DNA from: Ascidiella aspersa
Lineage: Eukaryota
DNA: 64,000 nt
Reading direction: 5' to 3'
NCBI GenBank assembly: GCA_963924565.1
Contig: OZ004610.1
Span: 7,502,001 to 7,566,000, forward strand
Below the pieces are notes generated by a model. It worked only from the letters and a program-made list of their open reading frames with translations, had not been told where the DNA came from and made no database searches. Below are positions 13,752 through 26,740 of the stretch, piece after piece. How positions within the stretch are numbered: position 1 is the stretch's first letter; the number at the start of each line of letters is the position of its first letter. The translations under genes were made by a program, and so were the position numbers.

Positions 13752-15642
13752 ACCTAACGCACTCAACAAAAAATACGCCTTAAAATGACATAAGAGCTTG
13801 TGCTGTTTTGTGCTTTAAAAGTCGTTGAGGCATTGTTTTTTAACTCATTTATCATTCCCCAAGGTGTGATTTGACAATCTGGATAAGAAAAGTTTAGCAA
13901 AAGTCCAAGATAACCTTTTTAATCGATGAAAAATAAAGAGTGGTGACCGCCTCATTTGTTAACTGTTTAGTTTTATTTTGATTGGAAATTTTGATTGTCA
14001 TTCGAGTGTTGCTGATTGATTAATTATTTGCAGGTAATCAAGTTGTCATTTTCGGAAAACGGGTAATTAATATGCAGTGAGTGCTTCTCACGGGTTATGA
14101 CACTCAAAAGGAATCTTAAGAGTTCTGCGAAACTTATGGTAATTTTGGACACTATATTTTTGGTGTAACAGTGGGGCATACATGCAATCATGCGTGAGTG
14201 GTTTCACAGTATTACTGGTGATATCAAGGTATACCTGTTGCCTGGCCGCGTATTATTGGCGATTAACAAGTTACGCCGCGAATACTGTTGTGATTTTCTC
14301 AGTGTGCCGCGAGGCCAAATATTGAGAACCACTGCTTTAGACTTAGAGGGTTCAAATTGCCTAACTCGTATTGGATCGTTTAAGCTTAAGGTGTACCTGA
14401 CATGACACTGTTACGGGTATTTTCGAAAAATGTGTTTTCAGCATGACAAAGGACACCGAGCGATCAACAGGAAACGGTTTCATGTTTAACGAGCTATTGT
14501 GCTGTTTTCTTTTACGATGACGGGCTCCTGCGGGCGCCACCGCTCCGTATGGCGTTATTTCTTTGTGGACGAAAGATACGGGTTATTTTTAGCGTAAAAG
14601 TGACGATACGCGAAATTCTTAGACGCCCGCGTCCCTGGCACTGCGGGGTCTTTAATTTGCCGGCGATTTTTTCTAATGTGAGTTGTATACACTGCCCTTC
14701 AAAAAATTGCCGTGGTGCCTATAGAAGAGTCGCACTAAAGGACCTGCAATGTTTGCTTCAAGATATATAGCATAACGATTTAGACAAAAAATGTTCTGTG
14801 TATTAAACACTATGAGTTATTCTAACGAGGTGGTCTTCAGGCAATTTCTTTTTTTCGACGTTTCGACTTCCTATACAGGAAGTCTTTTCATTAGGGAATG
14901 AAACGTTGTACCGCACGCAAACTTCCAACAATACGAAACGAAACAACGGATAAAACAATTAAAAACTCGTATAAGAGCATCTTGTTAGTGTTATGCCTTG
15001 CAATAACCGCTTAAATAGGAGTTGTTCTTCGTTTTATTGCTTAGTCAAACGAATTTGTTTAAATTTTAAAATTGTGAAGCACAGCATAACCGATATCTGA
15101 ATGGACCTTGTTATTTTTACACTTGGATTGCGAAAGAATACAAATCAAAAATACGAATACTTTTAGTTTTAAACATTTTGTTGTTATACTTAATCCTTCA
15201 CATAAGCGTTGTTTCTGAAAATTTATGTTAAGTATGAGGGTTATAAACAGAATTTCTTCAGCATTGCTCCGTTCCCCAGTCCTAAAAACACAACATTTTT
15301 TTCGGTCTTCGCGCGTAAAAACGATAACGCAAGCCCAAGAAGAAATCGTTTCACCGCGAGCACGAATATTGCAGGCCACGGCGGAGAAAGGCAGCAGCCA
15401 CCTTAAGGACATGATTGTGGCCTGAAAAGGCGGCAATACCCTTGCCAAATTGGCGTGCGAAAGTAGAAGACCGGTCGTATCTCTCTTGCAAGTCTGCACG
15501 CGAATTTGCACGCGAGGCCTTTACGAAGCGGCGGTTCTCATTCGTAGCTAAACCGCAAACGACGCTTGTTGCGTCGAAACGATTCCGCAGTTTCCTGAAA
15601 TACGTTTGGACCTTCGGTGTGCGACATCGCAAAGCAATAAAC

Positions 15643-15780
15643 GCGAAATGCGGCGAAATGCGGCGAAATGTGGCGAAATGCGGCGAAATGCGGCGAAATG
15701 CGGCGAAATGTGGCGAAATGCGGCGAAATGCGGCGAAATGCGGCGAAACGTGGCGAAATGCGGCTAAACGCGGCGAAATG
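15643..15780 (+). repeat. 10-bp minisatellite (CGGCGAAATG), about 14 copies, with a 40-bp higher-order period
   Basis: Read directly. The TGGCGAAATG variant recurs at 15671, 15711 and 15751. Confidence 0.95.
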
Positions 15781-16305
15781 CCCACACTTATGGCCTATAA
15801 CGAAATGCGGGCCTGCTGAAAACACCGAGAGTTGAATTGTGCAATTCGTTTAGCAAAGTAACCGCGTTGCCTGTATTTAACGCAACTTAACTACAAAGCA
15901 GTGCACCAAAAGGATATGTTTTTTTTTTCTAACACTCAAACGTTAAGATATATGGACTACGACCCTGGTAAAGTATTTCGTAAAAATTATCAGTCGATAA
16001 TTTGTTTTCAAATTTCCGGCCACAGTTGTTTTAAATGACGTTTAGGAATTTTACATTGGTTACCTTGACGACACTTGTTTGCCTGTTCATTGTATGCTAA
16101 ACAAGCAAACAAAGTTACACTCATAATCACTGTTATCGGATTTTTACCCAAATTCTTAAAAGAAAAAATCACATGGGTGCGCTCTGAAAGTGTGCTTTTG
16201 CAAGTGTTAACTTCTACAGAAGGCGAATGGGACCCAGTAAACGGCTTACCAATTACTCCCATCTAGAATAAAACCTCCTTGTGTTGTATAGTAAATGGCC
16301 TGTGT

Positions 16306-16914
16306 CACCCCATCCGTCAGAAATCAGTGCAGTTCTAACCAAAAAGGTCTACGACAATCAGTGCATTCAAAGGATCAAAAAGTCCGACTTTTAGACTTTG
16401 AGGTCTTGGACAATGCACTAATTTGCATTAACAAATGTGCATAAGAAGATTAAGTTTAACAATACTTGACCCAACCAAACCCAAACGCTAACCAGCGCCC
16501 TAACCCAAATAATGTGCGATAATTTAATAATTATAACGCTTCAGGCCCCAATACCTCAATTTGTGACGTAATAATCTTAAATACAATGGACGAGAAACCA
16601 TCCGAGTTTGGGCTTTTTTCCCCAGCATTTAAAGAATTATTAAAATAACGCACATTATTTGGGTTAGGATTCGGGTTAGCGTTAGGGTTTAGGTGGGTCA
16701 AGTGTTATTAATCCTATCTCATGTTTTTTGTTATCTTTTCTGAACTTTTAATGAATATATTTAATTTATCTTCGTCGGAAATTTACCTAAAGGTCCAAAT
16801 CAGTGCATTGCCAGGACCTCAAGGTCTAAAAGTCTAGACTTTTCTGCCATTGGATGCCCTGATTGTCGTAGACCTTTTTGCTTAGAAATGCACTGATTTC
16901 TAACGGATCGGGTG
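16306..16914. mobile_element. Foldback-type non-autonomous DNA transposon with about 120-bp TIRs and a 7-bp TSD
   Basis: Left end CACCCCATCCGTCAGAAATCAGTGCA; right end reverse complement CACCCGATCCGTTAGAAATCAGTGCA. Inner inverted repeat (CTAACC-rich, about 16460-16545 vs about 16620-16710). CCTGTGT is duplicated at 16299-16305 and 16915-16921. Confidence 0.85.
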
Positions 16915-17785
16915 CCTGTGTTGTATAGTAAATGGCCTGTGTTGTACAGTAAAGGGCTTGTGTTGTACAGCAACGGGCCTGGGTTGTACAGTGCAGAGCT
17001 TGCGTTGTAGGTAAAGGGCCTGTGTTGTATGTAAAGGGCCTGTGTTGTACAGTAAAGGATTGTGTTGTACAGCAAAGGGCCTGGGCTGTACAGTGCAGAG
17101 CTTATGTTGTACGTTAAGGGCCTGTATTGTACAGTAAAGGATTGTGTTGTACAGCAACGGGCCTGGGTTGTACAGTGCAGAGCTTGTGTTGTCAGTAAAG
17201 GGCTTGTGTTGTATAGTAAATGGCCTGTGTTGTACAGTAAAGGATTGTGTTGTACAGCAAAGGGCCTGGGCTGTACAGTGCAGAGCTTATGTTGTACGTA
17301 AAGGGCCTGTGTTGTACAGTAAAGGATTGTGTTGTACAGCAAAGGGCCTGGGCTGTACAGTGCAGAGCTTATGTTGTACGTTAAGGGCCTGTATTGTACA
17401 GTAAAGGATTGTGTTGTACAGCAACGGGCCTGGGTTGTACAGTGCAGAGCTTGTGTTGTACGTAAAGGGCTTGTGTTGTATAGTAAATGGCCTGTGTTGT
17501 ACAGTAAAGGATTGTGTTGTACAGCAAAGGGCCTGGGCTGTACAGTGCAGAGCTTATGTTGTACGTAAAGGGCCTGTGTTGTACAGTAAAGGATTGTGTT
17601 GTACAGCAAAGGGCCTGGGCTGTACAGTGCAGAGCTTATGTTGTACGTAAAGGGCCTGTGTTGTACGTAAAGGGCCTGTGTTGTACAGTAAAGGATTGTG
17701 TTGTACAGCAAAGGGCCTGGGTTGTACAGTGCAGAGCTTATGTTGTACATAAAGGGCTTGTGTTGTACAGTAAAATGCCTGTACG
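16915..17785 (+). repeat. Minisatellite with a 20-21 bp unit (TGTGTTGTACAGTAAAGGGCC variants) and about 82-bp and 267-bp higher-order repeats
   Basis: Read directly. Near-identical ORF translations are offset by 267 nt (17062 vs 17329). The first unit is stranded at 16280-16305, left of the foldback element. Confidence 0.95.
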
Positions 17786-19228
17786 TGGCCAAGTCTATTG
17801 AATTACGTGCGTAACTTGGCCTCGACTGTGAATTCCAGCGCTTCTTCGACCGAGGTGACGCAAATTGGAGTCGTTAATTGCGCGGTGGAGGGGGCTTATT
17901 TTTTAGGACCAAGTCGGACCTTTGGGTGAAGGGGGTGGGGGTGGGGGCGTGATTCGATTGGTTCTGACCTCCCAGGCGACGCGACAAGAAGCCTTAAATA
18001 ATTCATCCCCGCCCACGACACACCCCTGGGCCTCGCCCTCGGTCACTTGTTGATTTTTTATTGTTTCTTCTCGCCGTTGTTAGCGGCACTTTAAAGCTGT
18101 TTAGCGTTAGCGCGTCTTGGCTCCGCAATCGATTCGGTCTCCTAGAGCGAGTTTATGCGGCTCCCAGGGTCGCTTAACGAAGCCTTTTGTCGAATCGAAG
18201 GGGAGAATTAGGAGGGGGAGGGGCGAGATTTAAACTACCGGCGAAACAATTGGCGCATTTTGATTGCTCGCTCGATCGAGCGGAGTAAAAAAACGTAATG
18301 GGACGGACGGCGAATTTCGACGGAGAAATTGCTGGCGGTTTAAAATAGTTTTTTTCATTATGTCAGTTGAAAATAGGGTCCACATGAAAACCGGCCGAAA
18401 AATTGCTTTAACTGAAAGTAGTAAAGCAAAAGTCTGCAGTATGATAATAAGAATAAAGAGAGGTGTTTCATAATAACCTCAGTCCTTATTGTGTTTATAC
18501 TATATACACTTATTTTTGACATTAACAAAAAGAAAACATTGAATGCGGCCAAATAATGTGACCGACCTGATTATCAAGAACGGTTCAAACGTTTAAAGCA
18601 TAGTGGGCCATTTTGACGAGGTCGATACAATAAAATTAGAAACAAGACCAATGCACTTAAGCCAGTTAAGAACTAATTTGTTTGCAAGCACGCTCAGATT
18701 TTACAAATCTGTTTTTACTAGCATAAGGCTGTACTAAAAATATTTGAAAACGTGAGTGGAAAATCAAATAAATGTTAACTGAATTTTCGCCCTAAACTTA
18801 GATATCGTAGTAAAGTGCGACGACCTGCAAAACAAATTATCCTTTAACTGTCAAGTGCATTATTTTTTCATTCACTTGTTGTAGCCTATTGACAATTTGT
18901 CAACAGCCTACCGGTCAGTGGCTCGACCTTGACTATGATGTGGCCTAAAACTGCGTCACGGAACGTCATCAGGGATGCCTCGTACGTCATAATGCAAACA
19001 AAAAATTTAGTTTAGCTCTATTAACGAAAAATATATATGCTCGCTGTCCCCAAAGACTCCTCCCTGTGTTCCGTTAAAAAATTCATCGCTCCGGTAAGTA
19101 AATTATTATCGTTTCACTCCTGCGGTCAGCATACCATTCGCACGAAAAGATTTTGCCCCCGACAATTTTCCGTCTAACAATTAACTATTTTTTCAACCGT
19201 GCAACCCTGGCGTTTTTGGTGGGCTTTT

Positions 19229-19625
19229 CAGTGTTGTAAACAAGTCATTTTGATGACTTACGTCCCATTCAAGTCATAATTAGAGCAAGTCAATTTCAAG
19301 TCAAACCATTGTCATAAAAATTAAACGTTGAGGTATTAAATTAAATTGATAAACTATTACGATTATGATCTTTACACAGCTAAAAAATAACACAAAACGC
19401 AATATATAGAAAGCAAATGATTTTATTTAGAAAACTTAAGATAAATAACCCAATTTCTTATTGAAAAATGCTCAATAAAAACACTTTAATTCAATACAAG
19501 TTACTTGTCCGAACGACTTAAGTCAAGTCATTTGTCCGAATAGCTGAAGTCAAGTCAAGTCATTTTCTCCAAAAGACTTTACTCAAGAATTAAAAAACAG
19601 TAGGTGCACTGTGATTACAACACTG
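19229..19625 (+). mobile_element. AAGTC-repeat family MITE, full length
   Basis: TIRs CAGTGTTGTAA / TTACAACACTG. Flank ggctttt is duplicated on both sides. Confidence 0.85.
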
Positions 19626-20839
19626 GGCTTTTCACCTTACAGTAACATACCACCACTCACACTTGGGCGCAAAAGTATCTTTAATCGCTCGCGACACTTT
19701 ATCAGCAGTTAGATTAGCGCTATCGCGAAAACGATAAAGCGGATTGCCTCCGGGGTGGTCAATATTTGCCGACCCCCCACCTCCCCCCACCCCCTGGATC
19801 TGGATAGCGCACGAAAATCGATCGTTGTGTTTGCCTTCCCGTGCCAATTGGCGTTTTGGGCGGCGTGCTGGGTGCGACGTGCCACCGCTACCGTATACGC
19901 GACAGGAGCACGTATTAAACATATACTATCAACTTTTGAAAGGATATATATATAGGTATAATTATATATACAGATGTATACCTTGCAGATGCCGCGTTAG
20001 CCGAATTGAACAGATAAAATGAGGGTCTGTTTCGATAATTTTTATTTTTTGTCTTTCTTTATATGTCTATTCCCACCGTTTAATTGTGGCTTCAAAATCG
20101 GTCACGATACAATACAATGTGGTTTTGTTTTCTGCGGTGGATTTTTGCTGAAATTTACAACTTAATCGAATTAGGTTTGTGTCGTGATGTTATTGCCTTC
20201 TTGGGTTTTTGGGCCGTCGCCATTTGTTTTTATAACACTAGTTTTAAACACATTTATAGCAAACTTTAAGCCTTCTTACAACATTTCACGTTAAATTTGA
20301 TGAGTTTTATGTCGTCATGCATATTTGCTTTTCTAGTATTTGGTTAAATGCCTTTAAGGGGGATTAATTAATAACAATGCTTACATCCCTGTATATATTT
20401 ATACTATAAGACATGGAGAAATAATCTGCAAGCTTAAATACCAGAAAAACCTCTTACACTCAAATAATTAACAAATGGTTAACATTGGTCTTTACGAAGG
20501 CCTGATGCATTTGTAGCCCTCCGCAAATGCGATATTTCCCCCCGGCCATAGAACTTACCCGGGACCCCTTAAGGCCCCACACACATTTCGAGCCGTATAT
20601 GCAGTAAATTGTCTAGCAATCACAGCCGGCTCTGACAGACACAGAAAGGCTTCAAAATAAAGCCAACTCCCTTTTTCATTTCGCCTTCGTGTCAATGTCA
20701 TAGCGCCCATAAATCCGCCGCTTTTGCTGGGCAACTAAATCTCTCCAGTGGGCGAGACTTAGAACGCAGAGTGTGATTTTGCCCTTTAAATAGTGCGTAA
20801 ACCTGCCAAGTTAAACCTTTAACGTGTGGTTATTTTCAG

Positions 20840-20940
20840 TTGCATCTCCTCTTCGAACAAGTGCGATTTTCACGATGACTGCGGAGACGGTAGCGACGAG
20901 TGTCTTGACGAATGCACCAAGTCCTTTGTCTGTGGTGAAG
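20840..20940 (+). CDS. LDLa-GPCR exon B
   Basis: Acceptor tattttcag|, donor G|gtgggt. AA+T gives Asn and completes FICANGNCISSSNKCDFHDDCGDGSDEC across a 13.8-kb intron. Absent from the ORF track. Confidence 0.92.
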
Positions 20941-23900
20941 GTGGGTGCTTGACCATGCCAGCCACTTGACTAAAAAAGCCAATGTTATTCAAAGCTAAAA
21001 TGAACGCCTAAAACGTTTGGCCAGTTTCAAAAGTCGATTCAGTGTTTTGAAACGGTTATGAAGGACTATTCTGAAAATGATATCCATCGGATTATAAGGA
21101 TGACAATCCGATATTAAATTGACATGGGAATTTGGATAATGATTTACGATCCAACGCAGTGATTTTCTACTTTAAAAATGAAATTATCAAAAAGTGGGAG
21201 GTTAATAACTGAAGGCAACTATCTTTCTAAGATCAAAACAAATTTTAGTCCAATAACCTGAAAAATATATTTGAACGTTCCAATTTTATCATATTTTACT
21301 TCTTTGAGTCTAGTAATGTCATAAATATAAACTGTTGCCACCAGACATAATTTTAATAATATTTTAAAAAACAGATCCTCTGTTAATTTTAATTGTTTTT
21401 ACCAGAGGAACTGTTTTTAATTATTAAAATACTTTTGTTGTTGTTTTAAATGTTTGTTTTATGTGCTGCATTTTTAGCATGTTGACAATTAAATGGGTGG
21501 TATATGCGTGGTTTTGCTTGGTATAAGCCAGTAATGGGCTAGATTTACCTAATGTGCTGATTTTCCTTTAAAGTTTTTTTAATGACTATAAACCATTTTA
21601 ATTTATTGTAAACAAAGCTGATTATATATTTGTGAGGTTGTCAAAAAGTCTAAAAAGAAAAAATCTGAAAACTAAATTAGCTGAAGGGGTAGGTTAGAGA
21701 AAGGTTTAAGAACCATCGGTCGATATTAGAACCCCTAACCTTGCGGATAAATGTATTTACATTAGGAGTAAATTCGGTCGGAGACAAGTATACAGACTTG
21801 CAAATGGTTCCACCCTAATGGTCTTTTTAATTAGGTGACGCGAACGAAATAGTTTTTTTTAATGGCAACCGTATAGTTAGGCTGTTTACTGTTTTCGAGG
21901 CATGTTGTTACCATTGTGTTTTAATACGTAAATTTGGAAAGAAACTAATGAAGTAAATAGTGAAAAAGCCGCGCTTAAAAGGATTTTTTGTACTAAATTG
22001 GATGTAAAAGGTTTAAGTTGCAAACCTCAAATCGAAAAAAATGACAATTTTGAACTTGTTTCAAGATTACTTTATGTAGTTTTGCACAGTTAGTCATCCT
22101 TCTGTACGGTGCCGTTCATTCAACCTTTAGTTGGCTATTCGCGTGTTCACACCACGGGACGAAATTACTGTTATTCACGAACATTATCTGTTTGTTTAAA
22201 AAAAAGCGAAACACAAAAAAGAAAAAAACACGAACAATTATCTCTATTTATCTAAATAATTGCTTTGTCAAAATAAATGATTAGATGTCAGGCAATTTGG
22301 GCGCCCGCCCGCGCAAGTCGGTTTACACAGGCTCTGCAACATTCGCCATCGATTACCGCGCTTATTTGTCACCCACACATTAGCTGCGCCTTCCATCGCG
22401 CACAATCTTGAGCAAACAATCGAAAACTATTTGCGCTTAGCCATACGTCATTGCTGCGTGACGTATTTCTGTCTCGAAATTCGAATAAACTTAAGGTGAT
22501 TAGGCTTGTGCTTTGTCCTTATTTTTGCCGCTGCGGTATTAAGTTATCTGTTCGTTATGAATTTGACGTAGTTTTTTCAAACACTGTGTTGTTTTGCTTT
22601 ATTTTATGGCCTAATGGCTGTTAATTTCTTAATTTGGGTAAATACCACATAACGCCATTGGCATGATTTTAAACCAAAATATGTTTTCTCATTTGAACAC
22701 GTACAGTTATACATTCGGTTATTATTGTATATTTTTGTTTCAAAAAATTCAATTTTCAAGTTAGAGAACGACGCATTTGATTTTGTTCTATAAGGTAGAA
22801 AATTAGTCCCGCTTATATCAAACAAAAAACAATACAACCACTTGATATTGGGGATCGGAACCGATTCTAACTTTCAACCACCCATAATCTATAGTTCTTC
22901 TAAAAATTTAGCTTAATGCACTTAAATGAAAATAGCGATTCCATGCAGTGTCTTGGCACTATACAATATTTTGATTATTTGCTTTCAAAGACAGTCGTAG
23001 TAAAATTGAGGGGAAAGTTTAAAAATCGCTGGTCCAAGCATTTGTAAGACAATTTTACGTTAAATAGCTCATTGCTGGTACATGTTGTCCGGTGAATGAC
23101 CATAAACCTTGTTTGATATGCTTGAGCAATAATGCCGGTTAAACAGTTGACTTACACGCCCCTTAATCAAAATACAAGATTTAAGAAAAAACATTGGCTT
23201 GCTTATAGACAAAATCTATTTCGGATTTCAAACTGTGATATAGCATTTTAATCCGTAAATTTTGAGTTTTCTGCAAAAAATATCACTTATGTTCCGCATT
23301 AGCTATCCAGCGCTATTTCCTAGAATGGCGAAACATTTAACGCATTAGTCAGAATTGTATGTTAGTTCAGTAGCCTACAACCCAGCGAACCTTAAATCGA
23401 TATGGCGGTTTTACTTAGCAAGCCTCCTGATTAATGGAGTCCAACTTTCGCTGCGATAAGGACTCAGAATGTTATTCAAATGCGGTGTTTAGAATCGGTT
23501 TAACCTGCTCAGACAGAAAAATCATAGATTTTTACTTTAATTTGTTAACTCCGAATGTAAAGTGAGTCAATATATTTGGTTAATTGAAAAAAACAAGCAA
23601 AGCAAAAAAGTAATCCACCCTGATAGTTACCCGTGTCACGTTCGAAACACGAATTTTGCTCGAAATGTTTGGGTACCGGATGGTAGGGTGTAGGGGGTAG
23701 GGGGTAGCAGTCGTCCACTACAAGACCACGCGTCACATGCATCACACTTTGGGGTGACGGGAGCGCCCGACCGCAGAAAGCAAACACCCGCTGCTGACGC
23801 GTATAAATTACCCCCTCCCCCTAAAATAGCCCCTTCATAACACCTAGGTTTTTCGTGTTATTCTGTTGTGATTTTTAAACCCGATGTTACATGGCCACTT

Positions 23901-24903
23901 GAAAAGTGTCGGGTTCCATTTTCGGACGTATTTTTTCTAATGATTTTTTTTTAAATAAACCCTTTGTGCACCGCAAAGCAATTGGTCGCAAGCTGGGAGG
24001 CAATGAAATATGCAGGCTATCGAGAAATTCGAAACTGCCATTGTGTGTGTGCGATGAAAATTTTATGCAACGTTCGCCGCTTAAGCGTAAAACGGCATTT
24101 CGATTCCTGGCAGCGTTTTGCTTGCGGTCATGGCTAATATTACGCTGTTTTAAAAGTAATGCAAATCAGATGGACATCGGTTTTGGGTGATCAATTATTG
24201 ACAAACTGGGTAAGGTTTCGAAACCAATCCCATCAGATTAACGCATTGTTCTAGAAACAAGTGAAAATGATTGAGTCTCTTACGAATTAAGAGAGTGGTG
24301 ATGGCTTAGTTTGTAGCGAAATATACTTCTTTTAAATGACTGAAACTCATTAATGATTGACTTTGACCAAGGCAGGAAAGTCTAAAGAATATTTACGTCT
24401 ATACAGTTACGACATTCCAAATACTTCCCACTCAAAAATGCTATACGCTTGAAACTGGAGGCTTTTCAACAATCACATGTGCACAAAATGTCGACTTATT
24501 GCTACAGATGCGTAATGACTGTATTCAATGACTTGAGTATAAGATCCATATAGCTTGACATAAGTAAAGTCGTTTGAAAAGATGGAATGACATGGACTGA
24601 AGTTATTTATTAGAAATACTCTTCTTTAAATTGAACAACGAGGCCTGACATAGATTTGTTAAACAAAAGTGGTCAAAAACCAACCTGCGTTTTCAAAACA
24701 GTATAGACAAACTGTCAAAAGTAAAACTAGGCCTGCGCAACAAAACATTTCTACGTTTTAATTTTATTAATAAAAGCCTGGTATCAGCCCAAAATACCGT
24801 GTATCGGTACCGGGCCACAAAGTATTCGACATCCTCAGCAATGAACGTAAACATAAAAAAACACCCCTAAATCGTATCACACCGTTCTTCGTCTTTGTTA
24901 CAG

Positions 24904-24926
24904 GCAGCTGTACCTCTTTCAACATC
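24904..24926 (+). other. Duplicated acceptor plus 23-nt candidate micro-exon (copy of the start of exon C) with a GTAAGT donor
   Basis: 24861-24924 aligns with 25161-25225 (atcgtatcacac..ttcttcgtctt.gttacag|GCAGCTG). A consensus donor follows at 24927. Confidence 0.55.
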
Positions 24927-25204
24927 GTAAGTTACAGTATAGGTTAACAACCGGAAGTAAAAAAAAGTCTTAACCCTGAAGTAAATTTTGGCCTAAAAAC
25001 CCGGAACAAAAGCTTTCGAATTCAGTTTAGCCTATTTTTCGTTTTGGAGAATATAGCAATGGCGGTATTTGGCGTCAAATCAGATCGCGATACTTTTTGT
25101 CCAAAATATTGGGCATCGGTTTTGGGATAAAATATCAAGTATAGGACATCCGTAATATAGACACCCTAAATATCGTATCACACACTTCTTCGTCTTCGTT
25201 ACAG

Positions 25205-25355
25205 GCAGCTGCATCCCTTTTAACAAGTTTTGCGACGGGGTGGTCGACTGTCCGGACGGTAGCGACGAACTGCAGAAGACCAACAACGACAGCGCCACGG
25301 TTTCTTGCTCAAACAAACACAACTTCCACGACAACCAGTGCGTCTTGCCGGCAAG
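25205..25355 (+). CDS. LDLa-GPCR exon C
   Basis: Acceptor ttcgttacag|, donor AG|gtgggg; phase 1 in, phase 2 out. Encodes GSCIPFNKFCDGVVDCPDGSDELQKTNNDSATVSCSNKHNFHDNQCVLPAR. Confidence 0.92.
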
Positions 25356-25996
25356 GTGGGGAACAAACGTACAGTTGATGTTTTGATTAATTTAAAACTA
25401 GGGCTGTCGAGTAGGAGCCGGACTAGGGCTCGACCAGACTTTGGGACAACTAGATGATTCTTAGTTGGTCCCGGTATTTCGAACCTCACTGCAGGCTGTA
25501 GTTGTTTTTCTAGCCTGCCTTGCTTGAATTGAACAAATAATTTTATTACTGATTGATTGATTGCTTTGGTTAGTCTGTCGAAAGTTCTGGTAAAGGTGTT
25601 AAATCCTATTTTATATTCCAAATTAAATTTTGAATGAGACCCGATTGTGTATTGCGATCTTATCGGATGTCATTTGACGTTATTACTATGCCAAGCAATG
25701 AAATTGATGAACTTTAAAACAGATATTATTTTCCAAGTTATCGGGAAAATTTCCTATGTGTTAAGAAGTTTAGTTACCTTTAACCCAACGTTTGTTTTGT
25801 TTGTTTTTTATACCACTTCTCATTAAGTAACGACTCCGATTCAATATCATCGGACATCCCCTAAATTTGATGAGACTGCTTCTTGACAACAAAATACCTT
25901 AAAAATACACTTCTCAGCATTTTCAACTTTGCGAAAATCCGAAAACGGCTTGTGCGCCTCAGAAAAAAAAACGAAATATAACACTCGTTTTTCCAG

Positions 25997-26274
25997 GTAC
26001 CACTGCGACGGTTCGGAGCAGTGCCTGAACCGGCAGGACGAGTGCGTAGCTGGCTGCAAGTACTCGTTCTTCTGCGCGGACGGCAGCTGCCTGATCGACA
26101 CTAAGAAGTGCGACGGGCGAGCCGACTGCGCAGACATGAGCGATGAATGCGGCGGCGGCGGCGGCTGCCAGCAGGTCTTCCGATGTAACGACGGTTCCTG
26201 TCTCTCGATCGACCGCTTTTGCGACGGCGTCGAACACTGCCCGAACGGCGAGGACGAAATTGTCGAGTTTGAAG
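25997..26274 (+). CDS. LDLa-GPCR exon D
   Basis: Acceptor ttttccag|, donor G|gtatgt. Encodes YHCDGSEQCLNRQDEC...CDGRADCADMSDEC...CDGVEHCPNGEDE. Confidence 0.93.
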
Positions 26275-26537
26275 GTATGTGCGTGTTTTACGCAAGGTGT
26301 CTTGAAATGACTAAAGTCCCGGATTATTTACGAAATACGTTGCAAGATAATCGCTAAAGGTGTACTTATGATGCGTAAGCCGCAATCGTTGGTCAAAATG
26401 CAGCTTCAGAAGGGCTAGATCTCAGTTGTTAACACACATGATATGGTACTGTGGATCCCCTTCAATATGAAGTTGCTTGTACCAACAGATTGAGCAAGCA
26501 TTGGCGTGTGGTTGTTTCTCGACTCGCTCCTATCTGA

Positions 26538-26740
26538 GCCTGTGTAGCTCAGTTGTTAGCGCGACGTTCCCGATATGACCGGAGGTCGTGAGTTCGAACC
26601 TCACTGCATGCTAGTGCTTTTTCAAGCCTTCCCTGCTTGTATCATAGATCAACGGATTCGGTGAATCTGCAATGGCTTTCGGTGTATTCATACAAGAGTT
26701 GGCATGTTTTGAACGCCTCGATTAATGCTTTGTTTAATTT
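26538..26740 (+). mobile_element. tRNA-derived SINE-like element
   Basis: Pol III A-box TAGCTCAGTTGTT and B-box GTTCGAACC with a T-arm (gtgagttcgaacctcac), but no canonical anticodon arm. A related degraded copy including the body sequence lies at about 25470-25570. The 3' end is approximate. Confidence 0.65.

Noticed and set aside
15351-15825. ORFs with RRISPHFAAF / AKCGEMRRN repeats
   Set aside because: Products of the 10-bp tandem repeat.
14432-15825. Transposon bounded by the 12-bp inverted repeat GTGTTTTCAGCA / TGCTGAAAACAC
   Set aside because: The match does not extend and there is no TSD, so it may be chance.
16800-17801. 330-aa and overlapping ORFs as real proteins, or the repeat as a CRISPR array
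   Set aside because: These are translations of a minisatellite. There are no unique spacers and no cas genes, and the context is a eukaryotic intron.
26538-26612. Functional tRNA gene
   Set aside because: A/B boxes are present, but the anticodon arm is non-canonical, the acceptor stem is mismatched and a second decayed copy shares downstream body sequence. A SINE is more likely.
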